Below are positions 9,815 to 18,669 of a stretch of 25,819 nt of DNA, in pieces. Position 1 is the stretch's first letter. Each line of letters begins with the position of its first letter. The notes beneath the pieces are model-generated. The model worked only from the letters and a program-made list of their open reading frames with translations. It was not told the origin of the DNA and made no database searches. The DNA is taken from positions 1 through 25,819 of the forward strand of contig JBNKNM010000065.1 of NCBI GenBank assembly GCA_050293845.1, given 5' to 3'. A program made the translations under genes and the position numbers. The stretch is from Pseudobacteriovorax sp. GTDB taxonomy: Bacteria > Bdellovibrionota_B > Oligoflexia > Oligoflexales > Oligoflexaceae.

Positions 9815-10731
9815 CTATAACCCAAGATAAATCATTTATTTTCCTGGATAACGTTTCTTCTCTTGGTATATCTGTTATCAGCTGTGGAGAGCTTTTAAAA
9901 ATCAAACCTGAACATTATTTGAAAGAACGACAGATTGATTTTTTTGGCCTGTCCCATATCTATGAAGGTTCGGGTACCTTTAAAAGCCTTACAGGAGGTA
10001 CTTATTCTGTAAATGCAGGGGATACGTTTATCTTATTTCCCGGAGAGCGACACTCGTACGGTCCGCCTGCTTCGGGCTATTGGAAAGAGATTTGGCTTTT
10101 CTTTAAGGGCAGCCTGATAGAACACCTTCATGATCAAGGTCATATGCAGCCACGACACCCTATTTTTCGCCCCCAAAACCCTGTAGTTATAAAGCGACTA
10201 CTTGATAAGGTTATTGCTGCCGCTTGGAAAGACGATGACTATCAGAAAAAGAATATACCCGGATGGCTCTTTCAAACGCTCCATGAGTTGGTGAACTTTT
10301 CTGAAAATGTTCCCACTAAACCCCATGTATGTGTCATTCATAGTATCGTCAGTAATATTATCGCAGACCCTTCTAAACCAGTAGATTTTCGGAGCATCGC
10401 TACCGATTACGGGCTCAGCTACTCTCTCTTAAGAAAACGTTTTACAGAAATTACAGGTCACTCCCCCAATCGGTTTCTCAAGATGGAAAGGATTCGCCTA
10501 GCGAAAAGACTATTGGGGGAAGGAATGTCGGTTAAGATGACAGCTTCCAAAGTCGGTATCGAAGACCCCTATTATCTATCCAGGATATTCAGTCGTACCG
10601 TGGGCCTATCACCCAAAGATTATTCACAGTATGTCAAACAATGGAGTCAGGAAGCCAAAAAGAATCCCGACTCAGTTTCAAACGCACTAAAAGTTACAGG
10701 ATTTAAAGATCATAGCTTAGAGAGTATTTAA
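9811..10731 (+). CDS. AraC/XylS-family transcriptional regulator (cupin ligand-binding domain + double HTH)
   Basis: N-terminal AGDTFILFPGERHSYGP..WKEIWLFFKG cupin. C-terminal SYSLLRKRF...TGHSP...RI..AK.LL...VG.EDPYYLSRIF...VGLSPKDY. ATGA-coupled to araD. Confidence 0.93.
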   Translation: MTITQDKSFIFLDNVSSLGISVISCGELLKIKPEHYLKERQIDFFGLSHIYEGSGTFKSLTGGTYSVNAGDTFILFPGERHSYGPPASGYWKEIWLFFKGSLIEHLHDQGHMQPRHPIFRPQNPVVIKRLLDKVIAAAWKDDDYQKKNIPGWLFQTLHELVNFSENVPTKPHVCVIHSIVSNIIADPSKPVDFRSIATDYGLSYSLLRKRFTEITGHSPNRFLKMERIRLAKRLLGEGMSVKMTASKVGIEDPYYLSRIFSRTVGLSPKDYSQYVKQWSQEAKKNPDSVSNALKVTGFKDHSLESI

Positions 10732-10766
10732 AATATCTAGTTGTCCACTATGGGGAGAAATAAACT

Positions 10767-12452
10767 ATGTCCCATTCAAATGTTTATGCCATTGGTGTTG
10801 ATTATGGAACCAATGCTGTTCGTGCTATTATTGTAGATTGCTCCAATGGGCAAGAGATTAGCTCTGGAATCTTTTCGTATCCTAGTGGCCAAGAAGGGAT
10901 CATTCTGGACAGTACTGATGTCCAGCTTGCCAGACAGCATCCACAAGACTATATTACAGGCCTAAAAAACAGCATTAAAGCAGCCCTAGATGATGCCACA
11001 CAAGTAGCAGGTTTCTCAGCCGATGCCATCATTGGAATCGGTATTGATAGTACAGGCTCAACACCAATACCGGTCGATGCTGATAACCGCCCTCTAGCCT
11101 TAGACCCCAAGTGGAGCCAAAATCCTGCTGCAATGGCTTGGCTATGGAAAGACCATACGTCCCACCAAGAAGCTGAGGCCATCACCCGGCTCGCTAACGA
11201 ACTGAGGCCCCAATACTTAAAAAAATATGGCAATGTTTATTCCTCAGAATGGTTTTGGGCTAAAATATGGCGGTGCTTAAAGGTAGCTCCAGATGTATTC
11301 ACTGCTGCATACAGCTGGGTAGAACTCTGCGACTATATTCCTTCTCTTTTATGCGGTATTGACAACCCTCAGATGATAAAGCGCGGAATTTGTGCGGCTG
11401 GCCATAAAGCTATTTTTCATGAAGAGTGGGGCGGACTTCCCGATAAAGAGTTTTTATCCCAACTAGACCCCCAACTCGCTGCCTTGAGGGACAGATTATA
11501 CACATCTAGCTATGATGCCAGTACTCCTGCAGGCTTGCTGTGTGAACCATGGGCTAAAGAGTTAAACCTCAAGCCACAAATCCCTATCGCCATAGGTGCA
11601 TTCGATGCGCACTATGGGGCTATCGGTGCGGGAATCCAGTCGGGTACCCTAGTTAAAATAATTGGAACCTCGACCTGTGACTGCATGGTTGCTCCTATGG
11701 AAAAACCGCTAAAAGATATACCAGGAGTGTGTGGTACCGTACCTGGTTCGATTCTACCTGGCTACTACGGGATCGAAGCCGGACAATCAGCAGTCGGTGA
11801 CATTTTTAAGTGGTTTGTGGAAGGAGTTTGCCACAGGGAACCTGAGTATCACCTTGAATTAACAGAGCAAGCTAAGCAATTGTATCCCGGACAATCAGGT
11901 TTGCTTGGCTTGGACTGGCACAATGGTAATCGTACCACCTTGGTGGATTCTCAGTTGACTGGGTTAATGTTGGGTCAAACCCTGCAAACCACCCCGGCCG
12001 AAATTTATCGTTCCCTTATCGAAAGCACAGCATTTGGGGCTCGCGCAATTATCGAAAGAATTAGTGACTATGGCGTTCCTATAGATCGAATAGTCTGCTG
12101 CGGTGGAATAGCTGAAAAAAACCCCCTTTTGATGCAAATCTATGCTGATGTAACCGGTTGCGTCATAGAAACGTCTCGCTCCAGCCAAACCTGTGCTCTC
12201 GGTTCAGCTATTGCAGTAGCAGTGAGCAGTGGTTATTACAAAACATTTCAAGCAGCTCAAGAAGCCATGACAAAGGTGAAGCCTCATTCGTACCTACCAG
12301 ACTTAAATCGCAAGAAAGTTTACGACCAACTTTATGGCCTATACATAGCGCTTTACGAAGGATTTGGTGGCCAAAATCGCAGCACTGATCTTTCGAACCT
12401 TATGAAAGAACTCATTGCGATTAAAAATAACGTGGAAAGGCGGAACAAATGA
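10767..12452 (+). CDS. araB: L-ribulokinase (FGGY family)
   Basis: IGVDYGT..VRA, ARQHP.DY, GIGIDSTGST, AWLWKDHT, YSSEWFWAK, GIEAGQSAVGDIF, LDWHNGNRT, GGIAEKNPLLMQIYADV. RBS GGGGAG. Confidence 0.96.
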   Translation: MSHSNVYAIGVDYGTNAVRAIIVDCSNGQEISSGIFSYPSGQEGIILDSTDVQLARQHPQDYITGLKNSIKAALDDATQVAGFSADAIIGIGIDSTGSTPIPVDADNRPLALDPKWSQNPAAMAWLWKDHTSHQEAEAITRLANELRPQYLKKYGNVYSSEWFWAKIWRCLKVAPDVFTAAYSWVELCDYIPSLLCGIDNPQMIKRGICAAGHKAIFHEEWGGLPDKEFLSQLDPQLAALRDRLYTSSYDASTPAGLLCEPWAKELNLKPQIPIAIGAFDAHYGAIGAGIQSGTLVKIIGTSTCDCMVAPMEKPLKDIPGVCGTVPGSILPGYYGIEAGQSAVGDIFKWFVEGVCHREPEYHLELTEQAKQLYPGQSGLLGLDWHNGNRTTLVDSQLTGLMLGQTLQTTPAEIYRSLIESTAFGARAIIERISDYGVPIDRIVCCGGIAEKNPLLMQIYADVTGCVIETSRSSQTCALGSAIAVAVSSGYYKTFQAAQEAMTKVKPHSYLPDLNRKKVYDQLYGLYIALYEGFGGQNRSTDLSNLMKELIAIKNNVERRNK

Positions 12453-13843
12453 TGGCTCAAAAACCCAAAATAGGACTCCTTGGCATTATGCAGGAGTTAT
12501 ATGACAAAACTTATCCAGATATCACCACAAGACAGGAAGCTTATGCCAGGGAAGTAGGTAAGCAGCTGGAAGACGTCGCTGAAATCCATTTTCCTGGTGC
12601 GGCGCGCAATCGCAATGATATTGAAAAATACGTGAGGCTCTTCAATCATGAAAACCTAGACGGTATCATGATTGTTATGCTTACCTACGGACCCAGCCTT
12701 CGAACCATAAAAGCCTTCCAAGAAAACCATTTGCCGGTTCTTTTGGCTAATATTCAACCACTGCAGGTGGTGGGAGATGAGTGGGATATGTCCCACCTAA
12801 CCTTTAATCAAGGTATCCATGGGGCTCAAGATACGGCAAATGCTCTTATTCGTAATGGAACTAAATTTTCAGTAGTAACTGACGATTTTAAATCTCCTTC
12901 TTTCAAAAATTATGTTTCTGATTGGGCCCATGCCGCCAAAGCTGTACAAACCCTAAAGTCAACTAAGGTTGCCATATTTGGTCAAATGCCGGGTATGGGC
13001 GATATTCTTAATGATAGTGCCACTTTTATGAGAACTATGGGCCCCCAGATTGATCATCTCAGTCTTGGTAAGGTACATAAATACATGGAAAGCATTAGCC
13101 AAGAACAAATCGATAAGGCCTTACAGGAGGACAACGCCAATTTCCAAATCGATCAAAACCTTACTGTTGAAAGTCACAGTTATGCTCTGCGTCTGCAATT
13201 AGCTATCGAGGCTGTTCTGAAAGAGGGAGACTATCGCACCTGGAGTATCTACTTTGATGCCATCGGCCATGATGGGCGATTCAAACAAATCCATATGCTG
13301 GCAGCATCAAACTTGATGGCAAAAGGTTATGGCTATGCTGCTGAAGGTGACGCAAATTGCGCAAGTTTAATGGCAGCAGGGTTTGCCATAGGACCCAACC
13401 CCCACTTTACTGAAATGTATGCTATGGATTTCGAGAGAGACTCAGCATTACAGAGTCATATGGGAGAAGGTAACTGGAAGGTGGCACGCAAAGATCGACC
13501 CGTGCGACTCATCGATCGCCCCTTAGGCATTGGCGGTCTCGATAATCCACCCACAGTATTATTTCAAGCTGAGCCAGGTCCAGCGACCTTAGTATCCTTA
13601 GTTACAGTTAAGGAAGGTGGGTATCGTCTGGTGGCCTCTCGTGGTAACATTCTTGACACTAAAGAAATGCCAAATGTTGAAATGCCTTACTTTCATTTCC
13701 GCCCCGAGAACGGTATTCGCTCATGCATGAACGGCTGGCTCCAGAATGGTGGTACTCATCATCAAGTCCTCCACTTGGGTGATAAAATACATTGCTGGCA
13801 GCTGTTTGCAGAACTTAAAGGTATTGAATTTGTCCAGGTATAA
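12449..13843 (+). CDS. araA: Divergent L-arabinose isomerase (L-fucose/L-arabinose isomerase superfamily)
   Basis: ATGA-coupled to araB. Retains AraA-like motifs NQGIHG, GYAAEGD, FTEMY, SHMGE, PLGIGG and GGTHH, but is shorter (464 aa) and lacks the canonical HMLEV. Confidence 0.8.
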   Translation: MMAQKPKIGLLGIMQELYDKTYPDITTRQEAYAREVGKQLEDVAEIHFPGAARNRNDIEKYVRLFNHENLDGIMIVMLTYGPSLRTIKAFQENHLPVLLANIQPLQVVGDEWDMSHLTFNQGIHGAQDTANALIRNGTKFSVVTDDFKSPSFKNYVSDWAHAAKAVQTLKSTKVAIFGQMPGMGDILNDSATFMRTMGPQIDHLSLGKVHKYMESISQEQIDKALQEDNANFQIDQNLTVESHSYALRLQLAIEAVLKEGDYRTWSIYFDAIGHDGRFKQIHMLAASNLMAKGYGYAAEGDANCASLMAAGFAIGPNPHFTEMYAMDFERDSALQSHMGEGNWKVARKDRPVRLIDRPLGIGGLDNPPTVLFQAEPGPATLVSLVTVKEGGYRLVASRGNILDTKEMPNVEMPYFHFRPENGIRSCMNGWLQNGGTHHQVLHLGDKIHCWQLFAELKGIEFVQV

Positions 13844-13856
13844 AGAAAAAACAAAT

Positions 13857-13930
13857 ATATCCTCAAGGATATGATGATTTTCGACAGGCAGCATCGTTTG
13901 CGACGGTGCGCTGCCTTTTGTCGTAAATTC
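13857..13930 (+). other. Intergenic palindrome plus long GC-rich imperfect stem-loop between the isomerase and GH43 genes
   Basis: ATATCCT-ca-AGGATAT at 13857-13872. CGACA-GGCAGC-ATCGT-ttgcg-ACGGT-gc-GCTGCC-ttt-TGTCG at 13882-13923, followed by T-rich sequence. Confidence 0.6.
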
Positions 13931-13973
13931 GTTTTTGACTGACTATGAAGCACTTTTGATATGAGGGTAAGGC

Positions 13974-15680
13974 ATGAAAATATTAGCTCTGATCTCAGGA
14001 AAGAATCTGTTAATCCCATTAGTAATAGCTTTTTTTCATCTGTTATCCTCTCTAGCAATAGCAGAAGATATTAAACTTACCAACCCATTCATAAATCAAC
14101 GGGCGGACCCTTCCATATATCGCCATAGTGATGGCTACTACTACTTTACAGCAACTGTTCCTGATTATGACCGTATTGTTTTACGCCGTTCCCCTACTCT
14201 AGAGGGGCTTAATACCGCCTCGGAAAGTGTCATCTGGAGGGCTCACAGCTCCGGTCCGATGGGGGCCCATATTTGGGCACCTGAAATTCACTTCATTGAT
14301 AATGCCTGGTATATTTACTTTGCTGCTGGTAGTACTGAAAACGTTTGGGCTATCAGGATGTATGTGCTGGAAAATACCGCGGCGAATCCCTTTACAGGCC
14401 AGTGGACTGAAAAAGGAAAAATTCAGACAGATTATGAATCATTTTCACTAGATGCCACCACCTTTGCACATCATGGCTCGCGTTATCTTGTATGGGCACA
14501 GAGTAATCAGAACAACAACTCAAGTTTATTCATTGCTCGTATGGAGAATCCTTGGACTCTAAACTCCCAGCAGGTCATGATCAGCCGGCCCGAGTTTCCT
14601 TGGGAAACCATTGGCTATCGTGTCAATGAAGGTCCTGCAGTGATTAAACGTCATGGTCGTATCTTTATTTCCTACTCAGCAAGTGCTACCGACGCCAACT
14701 ACGCGGTCGGACTACTTTCTGCTTCAGATACCGCTGATCTCTTAGATCCCTCTTCCTGGCATAAATCCGATACCCCTATCTTTCGCAGTGGCAATGGGAT
14801 TTTTGGCCCCGGCCATAATCAATTTATCAAATCCCCTGATGGTAAGCACGACATTCTAGTTTTCCATGGGCGTAGCTATGAAACGATAAACGGTGATCCT
14901 TTACAAGACCCAAACCGTCATACTCGTCTTCAGACTTTGCACTGGAACGAAGATGGAAGCCCTCACTTTGGTAATCCCGAGCCAGAAGGATTGGTGACCA
15001 TAGGTAAGCCTTTACCAGCCCCTTGTCCTATATCTACAGCGCCAATCGTCCATTACCCTTTTGATGAACAATCTGGTACTGAAGCCAATGATATCGCCTC
15101 ATGTCATGCCCAACAAGCATTGCTATTTAATGGTGCCACTTGGTCGGATGGCAGGGAAGAAAACGCTGTATGGCTAGATGGAAAAGATGATTACGTGAAA
15201 CTTCCCAACAACATAGCTATCAACTTGCAAGATTTTACAATAAGTGCCTGGGTGAACCTTAAAACTTTGCAGCCATGGAGTCGTATCTTTGATATCGGCA
15301 GCAGCCGTGACATCAATATGTTCCTAACCCCTGTAAATGGTAAAAATGGAAATCTGCTATTTGCTATTAGTGATGGAAATTCATACACAGAACTTTTTGG
15401 TAATAGCCCCTTACCTATTAATAGCTGGACCCATGTTGCTGTAAGCAAAGCCGGACATATGGGAACTTTGTATGTTAATGGGCAAAATGTAGGCTCTATT
15501 GAGACGATGACGCAAAGCCCTAAAGATATGAACAATACCGCAAAAAACTATTTAGGCCGCTCCCAATGGCCTGCTGATCCTTATTTAGAAGGACTCATAG
15601 ACGATTTTCGCATTTTTAATCGCGCTTTGCGTGTGGATGAAATATCTAATCTTGCAAGTATAAAGAGGTCTTGGAAGTAA
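13974..15680 (+). CDS. Secreted GH43 alpha-L-arabinofuranosidase (probably subfamily 26) with C-terminal LamG/ConA-like domain
   Basis: Signal peptide ending AIA. GH43 catalytic motifs QRADP, HIWAPE, FSLDAT, VNEGP and GPGHN. Pro-rich linker, then a LamG domain (HYPFDE, DFTISAWV, WTHVAV, G.IDDFRIFNRAL). Confidence 0.9.
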   Translation: MKILALISGKNLLIPLVIAFFHLLSSLAIAEDIKLTNPFINQRADPSIYRHSDGYYYFTATVPDYDRIVLRRSPTLEGLNTASESVIWRAHSSGPMGAHIWAPEIHFIDNAWYIYFAAGSTENVWAIRMYVLENTAANPFTGQWTEKGKIQTDYESFSLDATTFAHHGSRYLVWAQSNQNNNSSLFIARMENPWTLNSQQVMISRPEFPWETIGYRVNEGPAVIKRHGRIFISYSASATDANYAVGLLSASDTADLLDPSSWHKSDTPIFRSGNGIFGPGHNQFIKSPDGKHDILVFHGRSYETINGDPLQDPNRHTRLQTLHWNEDGSPHFGNPEPEGLVTIGKPLPAPCPISTAPIVHYPFDEQSGTEANDIASCHAQQALLFNGATWSDGREENAVWLDGKDDYVKLPNNIAINLQDFTISAWVNLKTLQPWSRIFDIGSSRDINMFLTPVNGKNGNLLFAISDGNSYTELFGNSPLPINSWTHVAVSKAGHMGTLYVNGQNVGSIETMTQSPKDMNNTAKNYLGRSQWPADPYLEGLIDDFRIFNRALRVDEISNLASIKRSWK

Positions 15681-15714
15681 AAGCTAGGCCGTGTTTTAGT
15701 ATTGCTTCATTTAC

Positions 15715-15740
15715 ATCCGGGCTTAAAGCCCGGATATTTT
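15715..15740. terminator. Likely bidirectional terminator between the convergent GH43 genes
   Basis: ATCCGGGCT-taa-AGCCCGGAT, a 9-bp GC-rich stem followed by ATTTT, between two convergent stop codons. Confidence 0.7.
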
Positions 15741-15784
15741 CCACTAATATCATGACATGGGATTGACGTCCCTATGACTCAGAC

Positions 15785-17818
15785 CTAAAGCTTCCAGTGC
15801 TGTGCAATAGCATTATATTCTGCCTGGGTGATAGGTAACACTGTACCATGACGAGGACTGGCAGGCAGATGATAGTCCATAACCGGAGTCCACTGACCAG
15901 ATGCAAGGGAATTGGTTTCAAAAGGAACATATCCCCTCCCCCCAAACTCATCAATAAATAGATACCACTTTTCTTCCTTATTGGACTTAAACACCAATGG
16001 CCCTTCACCTCTATCGATCGTTCCACGGCCTATACATTCGCCGTGAAAGTCCCAGTTGGTATTAGCAAGGAAGTTTGAGGTTTCCAATAAAATGAATTTT
16101 CCACAGGGAGAATTGGAATGAGAACGCTCGTCTTTTGTAAAGCGATAATACATACCTTGATCTTCGATTAACGTAGAATCTATAGTCGAATAGCCAACAT
16201 CCACCCAAACTTGCGGTTCCGTGAAGTTAACAAAGTCGCGAGTTAAGGAATACATCATCCGATGGTAAGTATCGTTGGAATGACCGGGGTCGTCATACAT
16301 TTTTGATGCCCAAAAAACCACATAGTGCTGGCGATCAGGATCCCAAAAAGCCTCTGGAGCCCAGGTATTTCCAGCGAGATCTGGGGACACTTCTACCAAT
16401 CTGGCATCAGTCCAGTTTATAAGATCGATCGATTCCCAAACCAGTATGGACTGTGATCCCCATGTCTGGGCTCTTCCCCAATCCCAATTGCCATAAATCT
16501 TCAAATCTGTGGCGATCAGGTAAAACTTATCACCTTCCGGTGAGCGGATAATAAAAGGATCCCGGGCTCCCATTTCTCCGAATACAGATGTAAGTACCGG
16601 CTGTTCTTGATTTATCTCTTGCCAATCCAATGGATTATTACCACGGGACAATGCAAGATACACTTGTTCCCCGTTATTATAACCTTCCCCAGTGAAATAG
16701 GTAAACAGATACCCGGCAAACTCCTCTGGTTCGGAAAGTGGTGGCACCATGGCTTGGAACGATTTGAACCTAATGTTATATCCTCGTTTAATCGCTGCAG
16801 TAAGCACTACATGATGAGTCATCCCACAACCTGAAAAAGTTTCCTTTAAGACTAGAAGGGCTGATTGGTACCAGTGCAGAGGGTCCCAAGCTAAAGAATT
16901 TAGTTCGGTGCAAGGCGAAGCCCGTTTGACTATGCCGTCTGATGCAATAATGTGTGGCATACTCGACGACCAAGATATTTGTGTACCTTTCTTTCCTCTA
17001 CTTGGTAAAAACAAATGACCACGCGCATCATCAACATGCTCTACGACAAGAGATTCCCAATCTTCTTTAACTGCTTCGGAGTCAGTCAATACTGGTTCGA
17101 CTAACTGTTTCGCAGCCAGTTTCTTGATAGCCTCAGGAGACAGCGCTCCATCCCATACCTGAAAATCTACAAAGTACCCCTTAAAATAACTATCGGAACT
17201 ATAAAGCGAACGGCCAAGATAGTTAGCTGTGGTAAATCCATTGCCAATATCACCTGGTTTCAAGCTAATATTTCGATTTTGTGCCACCATATTACCATCA
17301 AGATAAAGAGTACCTATACCTTTTTCAAGGGAATACACCAGATGATGCTTTTTACCTCTGCCAAGATTTCTACCATCAGTTTCGGTATTTTGTTCGCAAA
17401 CCCAGTGACAATCTGAGATTGAAGTACGATAATGATTGCCTGTCGTAAAAAGGTAGCCACTTCCTATATCATCAGATGTATTCCCCAGGCCATAGACAAA
17501 GTAAGGTGAGGATTGGCTTCTTTCCACAATTACTGTAGCTGCAATCGTTATAGCATCAAGTCCCGATAAGATGTTATCAGGTAGTTTAATGTAAGCATCA
17601 TTGCCATCCAGATATGCTGCACCTGAGTCGAGTACAACTCCACCATAGATAAGTCCAACTTGATCATTTCCAGAAGCATCAGCGACTACTGTAGAATCAT
17701 AACTATCATCAAAGGGATACCAGAGTAACTGCCTAGCTTCACCATAAAGATAAGAGGGAAGTAGCAAGACACTAGCGAAACAAGCTGCTACTAATAGTAA
17801 TTTTCCATCTCGGGCCAT
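15785..17818 (-). CDS. Secreted LamG + bacterial Ig-like + GH43 glycoside hydrolase (GH43_22/Bt3655-like; putative arabinofuranosidase)
   Basis: Signal peptide MARDGKLLLVAACFASVLLLPSYLYG from ATG 17818 with GGGAG upstream (track start 17866). LamG domain (WYPFDD...NYLGRS...DFQVWDGALS), Ig-like segment (ISWSSS.P.II..DG.V...VVLTA), GH43 domain (GARDPFIIRS, NTWAPE, TIDST, GEGP, PRHGTV). Confidence 0.88.
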   Translation of the reverse strand: MARDGKLLLVAACFASVLLLPSYLYGEARQLLWYPFDDSYDSTVVADASGNDQVGLIYGGVVLDSGAAYLDGNDAYIKLPDNILSGLDAITIAATVIVERSQSSPYFVYGLGNTSDDIGSGYLFTTGNHYRTSISDCHWVCEQNTETDGRNLGRGKKHHLVYSLEKGIGTLYLDGNMVAQNRNISLKPGDIGNGFTTANYLGRSLYSSDSYFKGYFVDFQVWDGALSPEAIKKLAAKQLVEPVLTDSEAVKEDWESLVVEHVDDARGHLFLPSRGKKGTQISWSSSMPHIIASDGIVKRASPCTELNSLAWDPLHWYQSALLVLKETFSGCGMTHHVVLTAAIKRGYNIRFKSFQAMVPPLSEPEEFAGYLFTYFTGEGYNNGEQVYLALSRGNNPLDWQEINQEQPVLTSVFGEMGARDPFIIRSPEGDKFYLIATDLKIYGNWDWGRAQTWGSQSILVWESIDLINWTDARLVEVSPDLAGNTWAPEAFWDPDRQHYVVFWASKMYDDPGHSNDTYHRMMYSLTRDFVNFTEPQVWVDVGYSTIDSTLIEDQGMYYRFTKDERSHSNSPCGKFILLETSNFLANTNWDFHGECIGRGTIDRGEGPLVFKSNKEEKWYLFIDEFGGRGYVPFETNSLASGQWTPVMDYHLPASPRHGTVLPITQAEYNAIAQHWKL

Positions 17819-18309
17819 TTGCTTTTGCTCCCCATTTTGAATATACAATTTGGCCATAGATCCCATTCCTTTCTCGCTATTCCAATGGCGATGCCTAGCA
17901 ATGCCACTAGAATGTAAGTTTTAATAAATCTGAACACGAAAATGTATGTTACAAAAATAGCTTCGTAGCATCGAAAAAAGTAATCATTTTTTCTAAACAA
18001 CTATGCGGAGAGCAAACCTATGCAATAAGGGTTAAAAATGCAAAGAAAATGAACAGCAACTTATCACAGTCCTCATCGGTTTTCCTTGATCTGACGGGAT
18101 TTGAATCGGCTAACGGTATACCTGATCAAAGGAAATATAAACACGCGAATTTTCAAAAAAAAAGGACTAGACATATATTATCGACATTTTCATGTTACAT
18201 TTAATAATATTGCATGAGAAGGGATACAAAAATGTAAAGCTCATCAAAACGCCCGACACAGAGCTAATATAACGATCAATGCTAACCTCGTTAATGTAGA
18301 GCATTTTTT

Positions 18310-18338
18310 GCCCTACAAATACAGAGTAGGGCCATTTT
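18310..18338. terminator. Terminator-like hairpin in the middle of a long intergenic region
   Basis: GCCCTAC-aaatacaga-GTAGGGC, with T-runs on both sides. Confidence 0.35.
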
Positions 18339-18669
18339 CACATCCGCATTATGCCTCAAAAAGATACCCATACTGTGCGGAATCCAGACTTACAGAAATA
18401 CTGTTTATTTAATGCAATTTTTTACCGATGATCGGATTATTTCATTATCATAATGACCGTTTCGTAGATCAGATGACGTCTATTTGACACCTACTATCAC
18501 TAAGCATCAATAACTCTGTATAGTTCTTTGCTTGAAATTCAAGTTCTTCCTGATGAACTAAGTATATTTCTGTGAACAAGTCTACCTTAACAACCAATTT
18601 ACTATTTTGGATAGACTATAATGGTTCCCCATTCTATATTCCTAGCCAGTCAAGGAGGTATCAACTCGA

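Noticed and set aside
1003..17000. Many short ORF-track entries antisense or out of frame to the main genes (e.g. 1003-1410, 5415-5921, 8096-8464, 13762-14058, 15191-15535)
   Set aside because: They overlap well-supported genes and have no recognisable motif or RBS; treated as shadow ORFs.
17791..18000. 69-aa hydrophobic minus-strand ORF overlapping the start of the second GH43
   Set aside because: It has a non-ATG start without an RBS, overlaps the GH43 start, and its hydrophobicity is explained by T-rich promoter DNA.
18008..18060. AGCAAACC...GCAA...GG...GCAAAG resembling a c-di-GMP-I riboswitch
   Set aside because: The P2 stem pairs poorly, the GG-ACGCAAAGC junction is interrupted, and no P3 stem or tetraloop receptor is visible.
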